From: Candidatus Pacebacteria bacterium UBA6180
GTDB taxonomy: Bacteria > Patescibacteriota > Microgenomatia > UBA1400 > PJMF01
Reading direction: 5' to 3'
Length of the DNA: 58,546 nt
Assembly (NCBI GenBank): GCA_002422165.1
Contig: DITQ01000007.1
Coordinates: 1-58,546 of the forward strand
Shown: piece after piece, positions 54,417-58,546 of the stretch
Layout of the letters: the number at the start of each line of letters is the position of its first letter
How positions within the stretch are numbered: position 1 is the stretch's first letter
The notes under the pieces: model-generated
The model's database searches: none
Told to the model about the DNA's origin: nothing
Seen by the model: only the letters and a program-made list of their open reading frames with translations
Program-made: the position numbers and the translations under genes

Positions 54417-55028
54417 CTAAACCTTCTTGATCTGCAAAAAGTCCAGTTCGACTGGAGTCTCGCGACCGAAGATGTTGAGCAGGACTGTAACTTTGCCTTT
54501 TTCTTCGTCGATTTTGTCGACGCTGCCGAGAAAGTCGTTGAAGGGGCCGTCGACTACTTTGACTGCTTCGCCTTCGACGAAGTCGGCTTTGTAGGAGGCT
54601 TCGCCGTCTTGTTGGGTGTACTGGAGGATGGCTTCGACTTCGCGCTTGGGAAGTGGAGTGGGCTTGGAGCTCATGCCGACGAAACCAGTGACACCATCAG
54701 TGGTGCGAATAGCGAGCCAGGCGTCGTCAGTCATTTCGAGTTTGACCAGCATGTAGCCGGGGAAAATTTTCTCGCTGACGGTTTTGCGCTGGCCGCGGCG
54801 GATTTGAATTTTGTCTTGGGTAGGGATGAGGACTTGGACGATTTTATTGGTCAAGTGCAAGGTCTGAGCGCGCTGGCGTAGAGCCTCGGCGATTTTCTTC
54901 TCGTGACCAGAGTAAACGTGGACGACATACCACCGAGCTTTGGGGTTGTCGACATCAGAGATGTTGATCAGGTTCGAGGACTGATCTTTGACTTCTTCAA
55001 TTTCTGGAGTTTGAGCTTGATCGTTCAT
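54417..55028 (-). CDS. nusG: transcription termination/antitermination factor NusG
   Basis: NGN domain WYVVHVYSGHEKKIAEAL...FPGYMLVKLEM. KOW motif GEAVKVVDGPFNDFLGSV. Confidence 0.95.
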   Translation of the reverse strand: MNDQAQTPEIEEVKDQSSNLINISDVDNPKARWYVVHVYSGHEKKIAEALRQRAQTLHLTNKIVQVLIPTQDKIQIRRGQRKTVSEKIFPGYMLVKLEMTDDAWLAIRTTDGVTGFVGMSSKPTPLPKREVEAILQYTQQDGEASYKADFVEGEAVKVVDGPFNDFLGSVDKIDEEKGKVTVLLNIFGRETPVELDFLQIKKV

Positions 55029-55038
55029 AAGGAGGGTA

Positions 55039-55221
55039 TTATATCAGAATCTCCATGGCTTTTTGAAGGAGAAAATCAATACCGCCGAGATAAAGGGCGA
55101 TAAGGGTGGCGACTGCTACGACGAGTAGAGCCATGCGCTTGGTGGCGTCCTTGGTGGGCCAGGTGGTTTGCTTGAGCTCATTGCTGACCTCGCGGAAGTA
55201 TTGAGTGATTTTTTGCAACAT
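55039..55221 (-). CDS. secE: preprotein translocase subunit SecE
   Basis: 60 aa. FREVSNELKQTTWPTKDATKRMALLVVAVATLIALYLGGID is the classic SecE core. Positioned upstream of nusG. Confidence 0.9.
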   Translation of the reverse strand: MLQKITQYFREVSNELKQTTWPTKDATKRMALLVVAVATLIALYLGGIDFLLQKAMEILI

Positions 55222-55293
55222 AGTATTAGGTTGTTTGGATTCTAGCTGCTCGAGGGGCTTTTTTCAATTGCAATTAGTTTATTGAGCTTAAAA

Positions 55294-57252
55294 TTACAAT
55301 TTAAGAGGTTTGTCCTCTGGAATTTGCAACTTCTCTTCTGGTTTTGAATCTGACTTAGAGATTGGAATTGCCCAAGGATCTTTTTTGGCGCGAGAGATGG
55401 AGCCAATGATCAATGTTAGGGCCAAAAGCATGATGCCCCCGGCGATAGCCAGCCATTGCCAGGAAAAGCTGGCGAGGAAGCGGTTGAGGGTGGTTTGTAG
55501 AGGATTGCTCTGCAACTGTGGTTCCGGAGCAGACTCTGAGACTCTGGGGCTTGGAGTAGCAGTGATGGCTGCACTCGAGCTGGAATCTTCCTCTTGATCG
55601 CTCTTGTCGACCACACAAGTAGCACTCTCTGGATCGTCGGCTAGACGGCATTTGCCTCTATAACAGCGTAGGTCGGCATCGCAGTCACGGTTGCTATTGC
55701 AGCCTTGGTTGCAGCTATAGGTGGTAAGGTCATAAGCTTGGCTCGGTAAGAGTACGGTGCGACCACTCGAGTCAGTGTAGGAAGTAATATTGTTTTGGCC
55801 CTTATTAGCAACGATAGGGCTAGTGTTGCTGGTAGCGACAGTGCGCACGCTGCAGCTGCTACTCTCTAGATTTTGAGGATTACGGCAACTATTCCAGAAG
55901 CAAGCCAAGCCAGCAGCGCAGTCGTTGTTATTGGCACAGTATTGGTTGCAGCTGCGGTCGTTGGTTTGGATTCCAGGAGTGGCCAGACAGAGGGTGTTGC
56001 TGGGGTTGTTTTGATTGCGACATTGACCCTCGTAGCAAGTCAGGCCAGGCGCACAATTCTTACTCTGATCGCTGCCTTCGCCGCAAGCGTCGTTACAGTT
56101 TTTATAGTTGCTCTGGTCGCCGCTGCAGTAAGTGGTGTAGTAGCGAGCAGCAGAGATGTGTTGACCGCTGTTGTCGGTACTAAAGAGGCGGAAAAAATAT
56201 TCTTTGTTTGGTTCGAAGTTGAGCGGACCTTTGTTGCCAGTGGCGTGAGTGAAGCCTTTCGCGTTGACTATCAGGAAGTTGCCATTAGTCTGGTCGATAT
56301 TGCCTTCGACCTTCTTGTGGTAGAAGTCGCCAAATTCAGGACTACTGCTGACGTCAATCCAAGTGACATTTTTATACTGTTCTTTATTCCAAATAATGTA
56401 GAGGTTGCTGCCTTCGGTGGGTTGGTTGAGACAGCGGTCGTTGGAGTAGAGGTAGAAGTAGCTGCTGTTGGCGCTGATGGTTTTTGGATCAGTACATTGG
56501 CGGCTGATTTCACCCAAAGTTTCTTCTTCGTACCAGTAGCATTTGTCTGGTACGACGTTGTATTGGCGGGTTTGCCAGCCATTTTTACATTCACCCCAAG
56601 CAGTGTAGGCAAACTCGCATTGGGCGCGATCGATGCCGTTTTCGGTGACGTAATATTGGAAATCGAGGACAGTGGGTTTCTGGAGGATGTCCTCGTTAGT
56701 TTGACTCTCCAAAGCAGTGCTGTCTTGGCTAATTTTGATTTGTAAACTGCCTTCTTTTTGAGGGGTAAAGCTTAGCTCTGCGATTGTTCTCATCTCGTCT
56801 TGAGTGTTGAAAGGCGTGGCAGAGTCTTTTAGGTTAAGCAATAAAGTGACTGTGTAGCAATCTTTGGCACACAAGCTTTCTAAAACTTCTTCTTTGTTGA
56901 CTTCCAGAGCTGCAGGAATGGTGCCGGTAAATTTGATCTTGGAAGCATCAAGGAGGCCTTCATCAGCTATCACCTCGAAAATTAATTCTATGGATTTGAG
57001 ATTTTTATCCTTAGCATTGAGCTGGAGGGCAATTTTTTGCTCTTCTTTGACTTTGAGAGTGCTTTGACTAAAGGGATAGGTATTGAGTTCAGCGAGACCA
57101 GAGTCGACCATGGCGGCTTTGCGGGTGTCTAGACTTAGTTCTTCGTTAGGTTTCTGGAGAAACATGACAGCGAGTAGGGAAATCGCCATCACCAAGACGA
57201 CGATAAACAAGCCAAGAATGGCGAAGGGGTTAAATTTTTTGCTTTGCGACAT
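55294..57252 (-). CDS. Cys-rich surface protein with N- and C-terminal TM helices
   Basis: ATG 57252 (MSQSKKFNPFAILGLFIVVLVMAISLLAVMF) is preferred to the upstream start. Cohesin-like beta region, three Cys-rich modules, then WQWLAIAGGIMLLALTLIIGSI near the C-terminus. Confidence 0.7.
   Translation of the reverse strand: MSQSKKFNPFAILGLFIVVLVMAISLLAVMFLQKPNEELSLDTRKAAMVDSGLAELNTYPFSQSTLKVKEEQKIALQLNAKDKNLKSIELIFEVIADEGLLDASKIKFTGTIPAALEVNKEEVLESLCAKDCYTVTLLLNLKDSATPFNTQDEMRTIAELSFTPQKEGSLQIKISQDSTALESQTNEDILQKPTVLDFQYYVTENGIDRAQCEFAYTAWGECKNGWQTRQYNVVPDKCYWYEEETLGEISRQCTDPKTISANSSYFYLYSNDRCLNQPTEGSNLYIIWNKEQYKNVTWIDVSSSPEFGDFYHKKVEGNIDQTNGNFLIVNAKGFTHATGNKGPLNFEPNKEYFFRLFSTDNSGQHISAARYYTTYCSGDQSNYKNCNDACGEGSDQSKNCAPGLTCYEGQCRNQNNPSNTLCLATPGIQTNDRSCNQYCANNNDCAAGLACFWNSCRNPQNLESSSCSVRTVATSNTSPIVANKGQNNITSYTDSSGRTVLLPSQAYDLTTYSCNQGCNSNRDCDADLRCYRGKCRLADDPESATCVVDKSDQEEDSSSSAAITATPSPRVSESAPEPQLQSNPLQTTLNRFLASFSWQWLAIAGGIMLLALTLIIGSISRAKKDPWAIPISKSDSKPEEKLQIPEDKPLKL
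55640..56100 (-). repeat. three tandem ~30-aa Cys-rich modules (C-x3-C-x6-8-C-x5-C-x4-C)
   Basis: CNDACGEGSDQSKNCAPGLTCYEGQCRN / CNQYCANNNDCAAGLACFWNSCRN / CNQGCNSNRDCDADLRCYRGKCRL. Confidence 0.8.
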
Positions 57253-57435
57253 CGACACACAGCATAACGCTTTTTTGGGGTGGGGGTCAAGAGAGAGAAC
57301 TAAAATGCATAGACTATAATCATATTTAACGGAATTTTGCTTTACTTGAGTTAGCTGTCTTCTTTTCACTCGAATTAAGCTGATTTTTTCGTGCTATACT
57401 TTTTTACAAATTCTAAAAATAGAAACAGAAGGGTT

Positions 57436-58329
57436 ATGAATATGTCCGAAAAACTCGTCCGCAAGGCCATCATCACCGACGCTGGTTTTGCTAGTCGCTA
57501 TCTACCGATTACCAAAACCGTACCTAAGGGCATGTTGCCTTTTGGTAACCGGCCAGTGATGCAGTTGGTGATCGAAGAGTGTGTGGAAGCAGAAATCGAA
57601 GAAATTATTATTGTCTCCACGCCAGAAGGCAAGCCGATTTATGAGGATTATTTCAACAACAACGTCAACCGTATTCGCAAGCAGTTGGCAGCTCAAGGTA
57701 AAGAAGACCGCTACGAGCCCGTCCAACATGTTCTCGATTACCCCAAAATCACTGTAATTACGCAAGACGCCAGCTTGCCTTATGGTAATGGTTCACCGAT
57801 CGCCTCGGCCAAAGCTTACGTCGAGAATGAAGCGGCTTTTTTGGCAATTTACAGTGATGATGTGGTTTTTGGCTCACCGAGTGATGCCAAGGTGATGGCC
57901 GACGCTTTTCACGCCAATCCAGAATTAGCTGGGGTAATCATGTCTCAGGAAGTCGAGCAAGCGGTGGTCAATAAGTACGGCATCATTTCCTTCCGCCCAG
58001 GTAGCGATAGATTGCTTGACAATATTATCGAGAAGCCGGAAATCGGAGCCGAACCTTCGCTTTTGGCTTCTTATGGTCGTTATTTACTAACTCCAGAGAT
58101 TTTTGAATATCTAGTGCCCAGCAACTCTGGCAAAGATGGTGAGTTGTGGACAACCGACGCTATCACTCAAATTGCCAAAACAAAGCAAGTTTTAGTCGAG
58201 AAAACTAGAGGTGAGTGGATGACCACTGGCGATCCGGAAAACTACTTCAAAGCTCACCTGAAGTTTGTTCTGGAGCAGGAGAAGTATGGCCAGAAGGTGG
58301 CAGATTGGCTGAGAGAAATGGGGAAGTAG
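57436..58329 (+). CDS. galU: UTP--glucose-1-phosphate uridylyltransferase
   Basis: KAIITDAGFASRYLPITKTVPKGMLPFGNRPVMQLVIEE (G.G.R.LP.TK..PKEMLP) nucleotidyltransferase motif. GAAGG lies before ATG 57436. The track starts at GTG 57391. Confidence 0.85.
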   Translation: MNMSEKLVRKAIITDAGFASRYLPITKTVPKGMLPFGNRPVMQLVIEECVEAEIEEIIIVSTPEGKPIYEDYFNNNVNRIRKQLAAQGKEDRYEPVQHVLDYPKITVITQDASLPYGNGSPIASAKAYVENEAAFLAIYSDDVVFGSPSDAKVMADAFHANPELAGVIMSQEVEQAVVNKYGIISFRPGSDRLLDNIIEKPEIGAEPSLLASYGRYLLTPEIFEYLVPSNSGKDGELWTTDAITQIAKTKQVLVEKTRGEWMTTGDPENYFKAHLKFVLEQEKYGQKVADWLREMGK

Positions 58330-58546
58330 GATACCTTTCATCATAGCATTTCTGAGGGTAAAACGCCAGCTTTTTTTGTGGCTCTTTTTGTTCTAAACTG
58401 GCTTTAGTTTTCGCTTTAGCACCTTTACATTCCACTGTCATTTGCAAGGAAGCCAAGCAATGTTTTTCCTCAACAGCTCTTTTTTTGGCTTATGGAGGTT
58501 TGCTGTGTCTTTGGACACTGCATCTTCCTGCCACCTTGGTTTTTCC

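Noticed and set aside
55235-55262. Hairpin plus T-run (gctgctcgaggggctttttt) resembling a plus-strand terminator
   Set aside because: The stem is weak and no plus-strand gene ends upstream. It lies in the 72-bp spacer between two minus-strand genes.
58247-58456. 69-aa minus-strand ORF overlapping the end of galU
   Set aside because: It overlaps the well-supported galU by 83 nt and has no motifs. It is probably spurious, though a real gene could start beyond the window edge.
1-58546. Alternative genetic code (UGA as Gly, as in some CPR lineages)
   Set aside because: All conserved genes (leuS, thrS, the ribosomal protein genes and the mur genes) read through at full length under the standard code and end at plausible positions. 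Several genes terminate with TGA at sensible positions.

Overview
This 58.5-kb window is gene-dense and looks like a reduced-genome bacterium, probably Patescibacteria/CPR. That assignment is an inference from gene content: ComEA/ComEC, PEGA and LamG giants, a minimal murein set, and the standard genetic code with no UGA-interrupted genes. Housekeeping genes are clear: leuS, thrS, ndk, galU, secE-nusG-rplK-rplA, rplJ-rplL, tRNA-Arg(CCT) and tRNA-Pro(CGG). There is also a cell-envelope block: an MreB-like gene, murF, a MurD fusion, a TagA-like gene, DUF368 and DUF2207. About one third of the window is two giant minus-strand surface-protein genes. The first (905-10759, 3284 aa) has a cytoplasmic integrase-type core-binding domain, one TM helix, a tail-fibre-like ectodomain with LamG, and an internal S74 self-cleaving chaperone domain. 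It is translationally coupled (TAATG) to a further membrane-anchored ORF that runs off the window and is absent from the ORF track. The second (34514-43303, 2929 aa) is a secreted protein with three (Asp-box module + LamG) supermodules carrying a perfect 166-bp intragenic repeat, followed by an excisionase-type HTH gene. Other notable items are a PP-loop domain fused to MurD (possible MurL-MurD2 route), a split ComEC, and an ATP-grasp/C39-like peptidase pair. A low-GC cassette is bracketed by 90-bp direct repeats beside tRNA-Arg, and a low-GC squalene/phytoene-synthase-like gene lies between the two tRNAs. A Cys-rich protein is anchored at both ends, and the ribosomal-protein cluster is interrupted. 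No CRISPR array, transposase, catalytic integrase or reverse transcriptase was seen.
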